Part shown: in pieces, positions 8,202 through 18,436 of the stretch
Position numbering within the stretch: the first letter of the stretch is position 1
How the letters are laid out: the number at the start of each line of letters is the position of its first letter
Assembly (NCBI GenBank): GCA_963845755.1
Contig: CAWJTV010000029.1
Coordinates: forward strand, 64,001-128,000
Direction of reading: 5' to 3'
Source: an uncultured Planctomycetota bacterium
Lineage (GTDB): Bacteria; Planctomycetota; Planctomycetia; Isosphaerales; Isosphaeraceae
Length of the DNA: 64,000 nt
Program-made: the position numbers and the translations under genes
Notes under the pieces: model-generated
The model's database searches: none
The model's input: only the letters and a program-made list of their open reading frames with translations
What the model was told of the DNA's origin: nothing

Positions 8202-10823
8202 ATGCCCGGCCTAGATAACAGGATTCTTCGACAGATCGATGACGTGTTCAATGCCGGGACGGTCGTCGGGCTGACAGACCGGCAGCTCGTGGAGCGATTC
8301 ACGGCGCGAGGTGACCCGAACGCCGAGGTCGCCTTCGCGGCCCTGGTCCGTCGGCACGGTGCGATGGTGTTGCGCGTCTGCCGGAACATCCTCCGCGACC
8401 ACCACGACGCCGAGGACGCGCTCCAGGCGACCTTCTTGATCCTGGCACGCAAGGCCGGGTCGCTCTGGGTGGAGGATTCGTTGGGACCCTGGCTCCACGG
8501 GGTGGCTTGTCGTGTCGCATCCACCGCCAGGGCGGCCGCCGCTCGACGTCGGGCTCACGAGAGCAAGGTCGCCCGGCTGACGACGACTCTCATCTCCGAG
8601 AAAGCCCCGGACGATTCCTCCGCGATCCTTCACGAAGAGCTCGCGAAGCTGCCCGATCGGTATCGTGCGACGGTCGTCCTCTGCGACCTGGAAGGACGCA
8701 CTTACGAAGAAGCGGCGCACGAACTCCGCCGACCGGTCGGAACGATCAAGAGCCGCCTGGCGCGGGGCCGCGAGCACCTGCGAAGTCGGATGATACGACG
8801 CGGCGTGGTTTCACCGGCGGTTGCGCTCGCCGGGGCGATCTCGGTCGAGTCGTCGCGATCCGCGGTCTCCGCGGCCACGGTTGATACAGTCTCTCGCCTC
8901 GCCACCCGAATCATCGCCGGGTCCACGGCGACGGATGGGATCCCCTCCGCCGCCCTCGTACTCACGGAAGGAGTGCTCAAGACCATGTTCCTTTCCAAGT
9001 TGAAGCTGGCTGCGGCGGTCGTGCTGGTCGTCTGCGGCATGTTATCCGCCTCGGTGCCCCACATCGGCTTGATCCCGAGTGAAGCCGGGCAAGTCGCCAA
9101 CCAGGGGGAACCATCGTCGAGCGACCTCGCCGAGCCGACGACGCCAACCCCAGTCCCGGCGAGTTCCCCCGCGTCGCCGCTACCCTCGCCGGACGACCCG
9201 GGTGCGCCCGCGGCCAAACCCTGGGAGACCGTGGTCCGGATCAAGATCCTCCACGATGCGAGTATCGGCCTCGGTTCCGGGACGATCATTCGTAGTTCGC
9301 CGGCTGAGTCGCTCATCCTGAGCTCGGCACATCAATTCAAGCTCGACAGGCCAGTGGCTCCCCGGGAGATCTCGTACCGAATGAAGGTTGACCTCTTCGA
9401 AGGGACTGGGCCGGCGCAAATCCAGTATCTCGAAACCGTCGATGGCGAGGTCGTCGATTGTGATTTCGAGCGCGACATCAGCCTGGTCCGGGTCAGACCG
9501 GGTCGTCTGTTGCCGACTTCGAAGGTTGTCCCACGGCGATGGGTGCCGCGTGCTCGGATGAAGATGCTCACGCTCGGCTGTTCGGAAGGCCGAGACCCGA
9601 CGGCCGGAAATACCCACATCACCAACCCTCGCTTCCGCGGATTGTTGGGCAACCCTGGGTATCAGGCGATCGAATGTCAGACCGCCCCCAAGCAAGGTCG
9701 AACGGGAGGTGGATTGTTCACCAAGGACGGGTACCTCGCGGGAGTCTGCAACTTCGCCGAGCCGAACGCGGATCACGGGCTGTACGCCGGCCCCGATTCG
9801 ATCTACCTCCTCCTGGATCGAAATCATCTGACCTTCCTCTACGACGCGTCCGTGGTCACCGAGAAGGAGATCGACGATCTGCTCCGGGCGGCCGAAGAAC
9901 AGCTCGAGAAGGATGACCGGGAGGGAGCTGGCCGGACGATCCACCAGGTGGATGCGCTCATCGAAGCGCGACGCAAGGGGTTGCAGGACGCGCTGCGATC
10001 GCTGGATGCCAACGACTCGCGACGTCGAAACGACCTGTTCCGACGGGCTTCCGAGAGCGGGTCCGACCCTCAAGGGAATGCGATTCCCAAGGAAGACATC
10101 CGCGAGCCTGGGAGCGAACTCACGCCGGACTCAACACTTCAACCCGGAGCCGACGCCCGGCTCGGCCGCATCCTCGACGAGTGGCGCCGCCGATCGGCCG
10201 CCTGCACGAGCCTGGACGTCCGGTTCACCGGGCGCGACCGCCGTCCTGACTGGAACGAGGACGAACCTCTGGCCGGTCGGATCGTCCTGACGTCCGGCGG
10301 ACGGGCGTTCGTTGAGGTCGTCAGAGGAGTCGGAAAAGGAAGCCAGAGGGAGCGCATCATCTGGACGGATGACGCCATGCACCAGTTCCTCGTCGAGCAG
10401 AAGACGCACATCGTCAGGCCCATTGGCGCACAAAATCGAGGACGCCTCCCGGCGTTCCTCGCCCTGCCGTTCTTCTGGAATCTGAACGCCGAGAACCTGA
10501 AATCCCGGTATAGCCTGGAACTCGTCAAGGAAGAGGCCGAGACCTGGTCCCTCCGCGTGACTCCGCTGTCCAAGGTCGGACGGGAAACCTTCTCCAAGGC
10601 TCTGATCGAGCTCGATCGGTTGACCTATCTTCTGAAGCGTTATCTCCTGATCAGCCCCGACGGCAAGTCCACGAAGGACTTCCGTGTCACCGAGGCGCGA
10701 CGCAACCAGCCGGTTCCCGAGGAGATCTGTGCACTTCCCGATGACAGTGGCTGGAAAGTGGATCGGATCGAGGATGCCGCAGCCCATCTTTTCCCGAAGG
10801 TCAATCTCGACCTGCTCCCGTGA
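8202..10823 (+). CDS. ECF sigma-70 factor fused via a TM helix to trypsin-like and TIGR03009/LolA-like domains
   Basis: AFAALVRRHG, DAEDALQATFL, GTIKSRLARGR; TM KLAAAVVLVV; SSAH / DISL / QGRTGGGLF; C-terminal ILDEWRRRS..SLDVRF; GGAGGAGG upstream. Confidence 0.85.
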   Translation: MPGLDNRILRQIDDVFNAGTVVGLTDRQLVERFTARGDPNAEVAFAALVRRHGAMVLRVCRNILRDHHDAEDALQATFLILARKAGSLWVEDSLGPWLHGVACRVASTARAAAARRRAHESKVARLTTTLISEKAPDDSSAILHEELAKLPDRYRATVVLCDLEGRTYEEAAHELRRPVGTIKSRLARGREHLRSRMIRRGVVSPAVALAGAISVESSRSAVSAATVDTVSRLATRIIAGSTATDGIPSAALVLTEGVLKTMFLSKLKLAAAVVLVVCGMLSASVPHIGLIPSEAGQVANQGEPSSSDLAEPTTPTPVPASSPASPLPSPDDPGAPAAKPWETVVRIKILHDASIGLGSGTIIRSSPAESLILSSAHQFKLDRPVAPREISYRMKVDLFEGTGPAQIQYLETVDGEVVDCDFERDISLVRVRPGRLLPTSKVVPRRWVPRARMKMLTLGCSEGRDPTAGNTHITNPRFRGLLGNPGYQAIECQTAPKQGRTGGGLFTKDGYLAGVCNFAEPNADHGLYAGPDSIYLLLDRNHLTFLYDASVVTEKEIDDLLRAAEEQLEKDDREGAGRTIHQVDALIEARRKGLQDALRSLDANDSRRRNDLFRRASESGSDPQGNAIPKEDIREPGSELTPDSTLQPGADARLGRILDEWRRRSAACTSLDVRFTGRDRRPDWNEDEPLAGRIVLTSGGRAFVEVVRGVGKGSQRERIIWTDDAMHQFLVEQKTHIVRPIGAQNRGRLPAFLALPFFWNLNAENLKSRYSLELVKEEAETWSLRVTPLSKVGRETFSKALIELDRLTYLLKRYLLISPDGKSTKDFRVTEARRNQPVPEEICALPDDSGWKVDRIEDAAAHLFPKVNLDLLP

Positions 10824-10859
10824 AACGCCGATTTCTGTGGTTCGTGTCTCCTGCACCAG

Positions 10860-11070
10860 ACGTCTCCGTTCGCGAGTGCGGATTCGACGCGCCTTGCAGA
10901 AAGACGGTATGGCTCTCTCGTATCGCGAGATCGCCGAAGTGTTCGGCGTGAGTGCGGATGTGGTGCGAGGAGCAGCGCGGCGGATCCGAGGGCGTTATCG
11001 CGAACTACTGCGCAAAGAGGTCGGCCGCACAATCGGCAACCCGAGGCGATCGACGAAGAATTCGACACTC
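10860..11070 (+). pseudogene. Remnant sigma-4 region of an ECF sigma factor
   Basis: LSYREIAEVFGVSADVVRGAARRIRGRYRELLRKEV, with no sigma-2 region upstream. Confidence 0.55.
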
Positions 11071-11105
11071 CTCGCTCATCACCACCTCGGTTCGACAGAG
11101 TTCTC

Positions 11106-11315
11106 TACGCCAACGGCGTTGCACAGCAAAGCCCAGGGTCGCCGCAGGCGCACCCTGGGAACGTCGAGTCGCCACCGAGTTCCGGTTTCCCTCTCCTCCG
11201 GCGCACCCCAACGGGGTTTCCCCAGCCCGACGCTCCGGTTCGCCTGGGGAGGAAGTTCCCGACCCAGGGTGCGCCTGCGGCGAACCTGGGCTTTGCTCTT
11301 AACGCCTTTGGCGTA
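11106..11315. repeat. REP-like long inverted repeat
   Basis: TACGCCAACGGCGTT..AGCAAAGCCCAGGGTCGCCGCAGGCGCACCCTGGG with a near reverse complement at 11263-11315. Confidence 0.85.
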
Positions 11316-11344
11316 AGGGTTGCCGCGGAATCCCGCTCGTCGGT

Positions 11345-11567
11345 TCATGAACCGAGTGGTGTTCGGCGAGAAGTGTCACAGCCGTGAAGGTCGCCGACGA
11401 CGACCTCGGCGCCGATGGCCCGGAGCGACTCGGCGCGTTCATCTTCGGTGCGGATGGGCGCGTGGACGGGCGCGCCGCGTTCGCGAAGGATCTCGACCAC
11501 CTCGCGACCCACTCCGCCGACGCGGCCGGCGAGCGCCCGTGACGAGAATCGGCGCGTCGATCGACAT
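11345..11567 (-). pseudogene. Truncated NmrA/SDR-type NAD(P)H-binding protein
   Basis: MSIDAPILVTGA/GRVGGVGREVVEILRERG...GAEVVVGDL, frameshifted and then truncated. Confidence 0.65.
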
Positions 11568-11786
11568 GAAGGTGGCTCCCTGGTGGACAATGGAAGATCC
11601 GCACCGTCGCCGGCGACGGGAGCGGCAACTCCCCGACCCCCGGACCATTGTAGGACGATCGTCATCGAAGTCGAAGGCCGACTGCTCCCCTCGCGTCGCG
11701 TCGCGGTTTTCCTGGCGCCTCGTTGACTTGCCAGATCACGCTCGTAATATGAGGATCGATCCCTGGCCAATTCACGCCCTGACCTA

Positions 11787-12294
11787 ACGCGGCCTTTGGC
11801 CGCAACCCAGGAGGGATTCCCGATTCGCGATCCCGGATTCCCGAAGGGGAATGATCCGGGAATCGGGAATCTCGAATCCGGAATCCGGAATCCCCAGAGG
11901 CGCGCAGGGCGCAGGGATCCTACGGAGGACGACTCTGACGCGGCCTTGGAATGCCGACGAAATAACTTCCCGGATTCCGGAGGTACTTAGTGACTATCTC
12001 GGAAGGTCTTTGTAGGGTGCTCTGTGAGCACCGATCCGGTGTACTTTGCCGAATTCGGTGCTCACAGAGCACCCTACGAGACGGCCATTGAGGCTTCCAG
12101 GACAGACTCGTACTTACCAGCGGGTTTTCGGGAAGTTGTTTCGTCAGCGGTCCTCGGCCGCAACCCAGGAGGGATTCCCGATTCGCGATCCCGGATTCCC
12201 GAAGGGGAATGATTCCGGAATCGGGAATCTCGAATCCGGAATCCGGAATCGCCAGATGGGCGCACGGCGATGGGACCCTACGGAGGAAGACTCT
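11787..12294. repeat. Copies 3 and 4 of the ~150-bp element; copy 4 is interrupted by a ~196-bp IR-bounded insert carrying a GTAG-type REP doublet
   Basis: Copy 3 11787-11936; insert IRs 11953-11978 / 12123-12148; GTAGGGTGCTCTGTGAGCACC...GGTGCTCACAGAGCACCCTAC 12012-12077; copy 4 resumes ~12155-12294. Confidence 0.85.
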
Positions 12295-12310
12295 AACGAC
12301 GGAGACTCCA

Positions 12311-13321
12311 GTGGCCAGAGAAACCGACCGATACAGCAGGCGGGAGATCCTTCGAGCCATCGGCGCCGCGACCGTGCTCGGTGGGATCGCCCGCGGGGAT
12401 GAGCCCGAGAAGTCCGTCCCCGAGCAGATCGTGGACACGATGAACGCGCTGTTCGGCAAGCATCCCGGGTTCCGGGCCGCCCATGCCAAGGGCATCGTGT
12501 GTGAGGGAGAGTTCACACCCGCCGCTTCGGCCGCCACGCTGTCCAAGGCCCCTCACCTCCAGGGCCGGCCGGTCAAGGTGTCGGTCCGCTTCTCCGACAG
12601 CACCGGCATCCCCGACATCCCGGACGGAGTGCCCGACGCCGGCCCACGCGGAATGGCCGTCCGCTTCCATCTCCCCGACGGCGCCATCACCGACATCGTG
12701 ACCAACGCTTTCAATGGCTTCCCGGTCTCCACCGGCGAGGATTTCCTGGCCTTCCTCAAGGCCGTCGCCGCGTCCGGCAAGGACGCGCCGAAGCCGACTC
12801 CGGTGGAGAAGTTCCTGGCGTCGCACCCCAAGGCGATGAAGGTCGTCACGGCGCCGAAGCCGGTCCCGGCCAGCTTCGCCACCGAGCCCTATTTCGGCAA
12901 CAACGCCTTCTCCTTTACCAACGCCGAGGGCAAATCCCGCTTCGGCCGCTACCAGCTCCGCCCGGAGGCCGGCTCGAAATTCCTGGGCGCCGAGGAGGCT
13001 GCCAAGAAACCGCCCAACTTCCTGATTGACGAGCTGGGCGAACGGCTGGCCGCGGGGCCGGCGAAGTTCCGCATCGTCGTGCAACTGGCGGGCGAGGGTG
13101 ACAAGGTGGACGACGCGACGGAGGTCTGGCCCGACAAGCGGCCCACCATCGAGCTCGGCGTCCTGTCGATCACCGGCAAGGTGGCCGACAATGACTCGGC
13201 CCAGCGCGCCCTGGCGTTCGACCCGCTAAACCTGGTCGACGGCATCGAGGCGTCCGACGACCCGTTGCTCGAGACGCGCTCGGCCGTATATGCGATCTCC
13301 AGGCGACGGAGGCGGACGTAG
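12311..13321 (+). CDS. Catalase-related peroxidase (SrpA-like), Tat-exported
   Basis: GTG 12311 after GGAG; SRREIL Tat motif; GFRAAHAKG, VRFS, PRGMAVRF, SDDPLLETRSAVYAIS. Confidence 0.9.
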   Translation: MARETDRYSRREILRAIGAATVLGGIARGDEPEKSVPEQIVDTMNALFGKHPGFRAAHAKGIVCEGEFTPAASAATLSKAPHLQGRPVKVSVRFSDSTGIPDIPDGVPDAGPRGMAVRFHLPDGAITDIVTNAFNGFPVSTGEDFLAFLKAVAASGKDAPKPTPVEKFLASHPKAMKVVTAPKPVPASFATEPYFGNNAFSFTNAEGKSRFGRYQLRPEAGSKFLGAEEAAKKPPNFLIDELGERLAAGPAKFRIVVQLAGEGDKVDDATEVWPDKRPTIELGVLSITGKVADNDSAQRALAFDPLNLVDGIEASDDPLLETRSAVYAISRRRRRT

Positions 13322-13746
13322 CCTCGAGATGATCTTCCATCCGCCCGCAGACGTGTTCCGCGGGGGCGTACGTACCGACCCAGACGCCGACCAAACGTCT
13401 CCCAACGATGGCCAGCCATACTGCGTCGTTTGAAAGTTCTGTCCAGTCTATCTTCCAGCGGTTTTGCTGACGAATTCTCGGCCTGTATCTCATCCTTCGA
13501 GAAACCCGATCCACGTCAATGACCGTCTCAGTTCCGGCGATAATCAGTCGGAACGTAGTCAGCGTCATCGCACGGGGCTGAATACCGCGCGTCGGCGTCA
13601 TCGGACCGAATCGCGTAAGAGGACTTCCCAAGCGAAGTGACCGGTGCGGACAATACCGAGGGAAGGCGACCGCACGCTCGCTTCAGCGACTTGGTTCGTC
13701 TCCTGTGCGCAATCCATTTGCGAGAAAGTGACGGTGCTCGGCCGGC

Positions 13747-16700
13747 TCAGCTCGTCACCGTTAACGTCAAGCTGCCGCTGCCCCACACCGGCTTCAAGGA
13801 CCGATGGTCGGGCAATCCCAGACCGATCTCCGTGGTGAAGCCACCCGTGTACTCCGCGAAGGTCAAGATCTGGAAGGTGGTGCCGACGGCGGGGACGTAG
13901 TTGTCCAGCAGCGACACCACGAGCGTGCCATCGAGCGTGGCACGACCGGCAATCACGAGCCGGCCATACTGGTTGCTGCCGGCGATCTGGATGACCAGCA
14001 CGCCGGTGGCCGTCTGCGTGTAGTTGCCCAGGATGGTCAGCGTGCCCAAGGGGTCGCCTGGGACGATCAGCGCGGCGTTGATCACGTTGACCACAGAGTT
14101 ACTCGTCCCGCAGATCATGCCGGTCCCGTTGAGCGAGCCGCCGACGAGATCGACCGCGACGGCCTGGAGGATGCCGTCGACCGTGGTGGTCCCGCCCGAT
14201 TGGATGTAGGCGACGGTCCCCGTGTTGAACGCCGCCCCGCGGCCGACCGTCACCCGGCCGGCGTTGCTGAAGGGGTCCGGCGACACCACCACCAGGACGC
14301 CCCGTGAGGCGTCCTCCGCGATCGTGCCCTGATTGACGATGGCGGCGTTGGGCGACTCAATGAAGCTGTTCCGTCCGCCCTGGATCGTGATGCCCGGCCC
14401 GAAGGTCATGGTGCCATAGCTCGTATTTTGCAGGGTGTCCGCGCTCGTTTGGCCGAACAGGATGGTACCCGTGCCGCCGATGGTCTCGGGAGTGGAGTCG
14501 TCATCGCCGAGGTCAAGGACAGCCCCTGACCCTGTTAATGCGATGGTGCCGTTGAGGGTCAGTCCATTCAGTATCGTCGCCGTGGCGGCGGGGATGGACT
14601 GCATGTCGAGCGTGCCGTCCAGCGTCACGCCGTTGAGCGTGCCGCCCCCAATGGTGTATGGGCCGGAGTCATCGTAGTTGTAACTGTCATCGGTGGCGAT
14701 CAGCTCCTGCCGGCCCGTGGTCGTGATGGTCCCCCCGTCGATGACACCGGCGGACAGGTACAGGGAGCCGGTCGCGCCGTCCAGGACCAGGTTGCCGCCG
14801 GTGAGCGGGTTGTCGGCCGGGCTGTTGTCGATGGTCCCGACCAGGTTGACTGTGTACTGGGACAGGTCGAGGTTGACGCCGAGCTGGCGGAAGTGGTCCG
14901 CGAACTCGTCGGTGGTGAAGTAATCGCCCAGGTTGACCGTGGCGCCCTTGGCGATCGCCAGGGTGCCGGAATTGGACCAGATCAAACCCGGCGTGGGAGA
15001 ATAGTTGCCCTCAGTGACCGGGCTGCCCAGGCTGACGGACGAGGAGGCATCGACGAGGATCCGGCCGTCGTTGATCCAGTTGTCGTACAAGGCCAGCGAG
15101 CCGCCGTCGCGTGCCGTGATCGTACCGTCGTCGGCGTTGATCCACGGTGACCCAAGTCCAAGGAGCGCGGTCTCGAGGCTGATGACGCCGCCGTGGCTGG
15201 CCGTGATGGTGCCGTCGTTGACCAAGCCGCCGAGCTGCAGATCGCCGGGGGTGTTCTGCTCGATCGTGCCCCGGTTGTCGATTTCCCCGATGGTCCCCGG
15301 CTCGAAGCCGAAAATGAAACCGCCGTATGGACTCCCGCCAGCGATGGTGATCCCGGGGTCGATGGTCAACGTCTGCGTACCTACATTCGCCAGGAAGGAG
15401 TCAAGGCCGCTCAGGTGGATAGTGGCACTGCTGACGGCCGACCCGATGCCCACCGCCTGGGGGTTGCTGCCTTCGAACTCCAGATTGGCGTTGTAAGCGG
15501 AGAGGTCCAGGTCGGTGTTGAGGGTCAGCCCGTCAACGACAGTAACGGTATTATTTCCGCTCGACATGTCCAGGGTGCCATCCAGCGTCACGCCGTCCAG
15601 GAGATTAAACGCGTAGTTGAACAAATCGAGGACGTCGGGTGCACTAGACCAGTTGACGAGGGCGGCCCCTCCCGTGGTGGCGATGGCGCCTCCGTCGATG
15701 CGACCGCCGGCGAACGCCCAGCTTCCGGTGCTGCTGGTGACGCCCGGTGCCAGTGCCAGGGTATGCCCGGCATTGTCCAGAGTGCCAATCAGGTTGACGG
15801 CGTCGGTGCCCAGGTTGAGCGAACCGAGGTTGGTGCCGGTGTCGGTGAGCCAGCCGCCCAGCTCGACGGTGGCCTGGTTGGTCGTGATGGTGCCGTTGTT
15901 GACCCAGGCAGCGCCGGCGGCGCTCGGGTCGTCGACGCCCGCCGACCAGTAATCCCCCAGGATGAGGGTCGAGCCGCTGCCGGCCGTGATGGTTCCGTTG
16001 TTGGTCCAGTTGCCTGCCAATTGCAGCGTCCCGGACCCCTGCACTTGCACCGCGCCGTCGAGCACGCCCCCGTTCACGAGACCGATCGCCGAGTTGGGAA
16101 CGGTGATGGTCGTATTGGAAGTCACGGTGGCGTTCTGAAGCACTCCTGCCGCCAGGTTGACGACATCGCCGGGCTGGTCGACCTGGAATGTGCCCAGGGT
16201 GCCGGCGCCCGAAAGATCGAGGGTGCCGGAGTCGAGGTTCAGCGTTACATTCTGGGCGGTGACGCTCAGGCTGCCGATCGTGTCGTAGCTGGCGGACAAA
16301 CGGTTGATCGTCACGCCGCTGGTGTCGATGACGACGTTGTTGTTGGGACCGGGCAAGACGTTGCCGGGCACATGATCGACAAGAGACCAGTTGCCGGGAT
16401 CATTCCAGCTGTCATCGCCGGCAGCGCCGGTCCAGTAGACCGTGGTCGGGGTTGGGGGCGTGCTGTAGGCGGCGACGAGGTCCGGAACCAGGTACTGGGC
16501 GTTGGGAGTGCCAAGTCCCGTGACGAGGTCGTAGCCAGGCCCGGCGGGATAGTAGTTGTTGCCGCTGGTGATGTCGTGGAAGGCGTTCGGGTCGGTCTGG
16601 GCGATCTGGTAGACTGCGGGCAAGAGCTGGTTGGGACCGTCGAGGGTGCCCTCGCTCTTTGCCGCCCGCGCCTGGTCGGCGATCGCAACCAATGCGGACC

Positions 16701-17835
16701 ACTGCGGGGCGGCCATGCTGGTGCCGCCGGCCTGCGACCAACCGGGCGCAATGCCGAGGGAGGTGTTGTCGAGAGTGTCGTAAATGGGGACGCCGGTGCC
16801 GGGATCGGCGTCGTAGGCGACGTCCGGTACGGTGCGGTAGCCGCCCGAGGGATAGCCCTCGGCGGTCAAATCCGCCTGGATGCCGTCCTGGTAGGCCGGT
16901 TGCGTCTCAACCGTACTGATGCCGCCCCCGCTGGCAAGATAGGTTGCATTGGGATCGCTACCCTGGCTCCAGCCGATCTCCTGGGACCGGTCTGGATTCC
17001 CGTCCTGATCCGGGGGCAACGCCGTGCCGCCGACAGTGAACACATTGGGAGACGCCTGGGGCAAGAACAAGCCGATCTCTCCGGGGGACTGGAAAGCGCC
17101 GTAGTCCCCGCTGGCGGCCACAAAGGCGACGCCCTGGTGCCCGACCGGCGTGGTGTAGAGGCCGTCCTGCAGGTATTCGTCTTCCGCCGAGCCTGTGTAG
17201 GAGGCCGGCGCTTCGGCACCGGTAGAAAAACTCATGGAGACAACGCAGACGTTGGGCTGGCGCGCCGCGTACTGGATCGCCGTGTCCAGGTTGGCCCAGA
17301 CGAAATCGTCCGCTTGGACCAGCAGGATGTTGGCCCCCGGTGCGATCGCGTGGGCCCATTGGACGTCCAGGCTTTCCTCGAGGTCCCAGCTCGAGCCGGG
17401 GGCAGCGGCGGGCAGGGTGTTACCGCCGTGTTCGTTGACGATCTGGAGGAAGTTGGTGTTGGTGGGGTCACCGGCCGCTCCGCCGATGTTGAAGGTCTCG
17501 TCGAACTGCTGCACGTCGCTGCGGAGGTTCGGGTCGCCGTAGGCATCGACGATGGCGATCGTCTGCCCCTGGCCCGCCAGGTTGTCGTTCGAGAGGCCAG
17601 GGATTTGGTCGAAGCCATAGGCCTGCCGGAGCTGAGCCGGCGTGTAGCCGGTGGGGCCTGACGCTTGTTGCGGCTGTGCCAGGACCAGGTTGACGACGGC
17701 CCCGGGGCCCAAGGCGGGAGGCGCGGTGAGCAACCGGCGTTCTTCGAGTGGCTCGACGACCAGCCGGCGACGAGCGGCCTTGCGTACGGGCCGGGGCTTG
17801 CGTGTTCGAGACCAGGTGCGGAATCGAGAGAACAT
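13747..17835 (-). CDS. Secreted S53 (sedolisin/kumamolisin) peptidase with LEPRxLL-type N-terminus and long beta-helical/adhesin-like C-terminus
   Basis: VEPLEERRLL; EESLDVQWAHAIAP, ASGDYG, GGTSMAAPQW, GYDLVTGLGTP; Gly/Thr/Asn-rich repeats. Confidence 0.88.
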   Translation of the reverse strand: MFSRFRTWSRTRKPRPVRKAARRRLVVEPLEERRLLTAPPALGPGAVVNLVLAQPQQASGPTGYTPAQLRQAYGFDQIPGLSNDNLAGQGQTIAIVDAYGDPNLRSDVQQFDETFNIGGAAGDPTNTNFLQIVNEHGGNTLPAAAPGSSWDLEESLDVQWAHAIAPGANILLVQADDFVWANLDTAIQYAARQPNVCVVSMSFSTGAEAPASYTGSAEDEYLQDGLYTTPVGHQGVAFVAASGDYGAFQSPGEIGLFLPQASPNVFTVGGTALPPDQDGNPDRSQEIGWSQGSDPNATYLASGGGISTVETQPAYQDGIQADLTAEGYPSGGYRTVPDVAYDADPGTGVPIYDTLDNTSLGIAPGWSQAGGTSMAAPQWSALVAIADQARAAKSEGTLDGPNQLLPAVYQIAQTDPNAFHDITSGNNYYPAGPGYDLVTGLGTPNAQYLVPDLVAAYSTPPTPTTVYWTGAAGDDSWNDPGNWSLVDHVPGNVLPGPNNNVVIDTSGVTINRLSASYDTIGSLSVTAQNVTLNLDSGTLDLSGAGTLGTFQVDQPGDVVNLAAGVLQNATVTSNTTITVPNSAIGLVNGGVLDGAVQVQGSGTLQLAGNWTNNGTITAGSGSTLILGDYWSAGVDDPSAAGAAWVNNGTITTNQATVELGGWLTDTGTNLGSLNLGTDAVNLIGTLDNAGHTLALAPGVTSSTGSWAFAGGRIDGGAIATTGGAALVNWSSAPDVLDLFNYAFNLLDGVTLDGTLDMSSGNNTVTVVDGLTLNTDLDLSAYNANLEFEGSNPQAVGIGSAVSSATIHLSGLDSFLANVGTQTLTIDPGITIAGGSPYGGFIFGFEPGTIGEIDNRGTIEQNTPGDLQLGGLVNDGTITASHGGVISLETALLGLGSPWINADDGTITARDGGSLALYDNWINDGRILVDASSSVSLGSPVTEGNYSPTPGLIWSNSGTLAIAKGATVNLGDYFTTDEFADHFRQLGVNLDLSQYTVNLVGTIDNSPADNPLTGGNLVLDGATGSLYLSAGVIDGGTITTTGRQELIATDDSYNYDDSGPYTIGGGTLNGVTLDGTLDMQSIPAATATILNGLTLNGTIALTGSGAVLDLGDDDSTPETIGGTGTILFGQTSADTLQNTSYGTMTFGPGITIQGGRNSFIESPNAAIVNQGTIAEDASRGVLVVVSPDPFSNAGRVTVGRGAAFNTGTVAYIQSGGTTTVDGILQAVAVDLVGGSLNGTGMICGTSNSVVNVINAALIVPGDPLGTLTILGNYTQTATGVLVIQIAGSNQYGRLVIAGRATLDGTLVVSLLDNYVPAVGTTFQILTFAEYTGGFTTEIGLGLPDHRSLKPVWGSGSLTLTVTS

Positions 17836-17921
17836 GGTCAATCCCCTTTGGGGCGTGAGGTCGCATTGGAACAGAAAACCGGAATAAGCCCGTGGTAGGC
17901 TGAGTCCGTTGCGGCGCGAGG

Positions 17922-18436
17922 TTAGGAGGATTCCCACGGGCGGCGCGCAGCCGGTCCTCGCGGGCCGGTCCGGCGACCAACCGCATCACCCCGTGGCCCA
18001 CGAGCACGAGGACGACGTAGCTCGCGGAGATCGCCAGGACCGGAGCGATCCCCGGCCCGTAGCTGCCCCATTCCGGGAACTGCCTCATGTACCAGTAGTT
18101 TCGCAGCGGTCCGATGACTGCCACGACAACCAGGTCCACGGCCAGCCCCCGCCAGCCGAACCGGCGGGCGATCCGCCAGGTGACGAGGAAAATGAACGCC
18201 CAGAGCGTCGCGCCAATCAGCATCAGTGTCAGGAAGTACGGCCTCCATGGGATCGTAAAGTGCCACCACCCCACGCGCTCACCAAAGCCGACGATGCCCA
18301 GCATCACGACACCCGTCGCGGCCCCGCCGGCCAGGGCACCCGCGATGCGCCGTGGCGTCGCGCGAGTGAGGATGGCGACCACAACTGAGAGGACCAGGTA
18401 GAGGAAGTTAAACAGGTGGAGCTGCGTCGTGGTCAT
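17922..18436 (-). CDS. Multi-pass membrane hypothetical protein (frameshift near 3' end)
   Basis: ATG 18436 after GGAGG; about 5 hydrophobic segments; ends RRPWESS* in the shifted frame. Confidence 0.6.

Noticed and set aside
5871..12294. Repeats as a CRISPR array
   Set aside because: Units are ~150 bp with no unique spacers between tandem copies; no cas genes in the window
12209..12310. N-terminal extension of the catalase ORF
   Set aside because: It is translated repeat DNA; GTG 12311 has an RBS and gives a Tat signal
15193..17661. Long antisense ORFs (also 528-2012, 21406-23112, 38753-40453, 62322-63821)
   Set aside because: Shadow frames of real high-GC genes with no recognisable motifs
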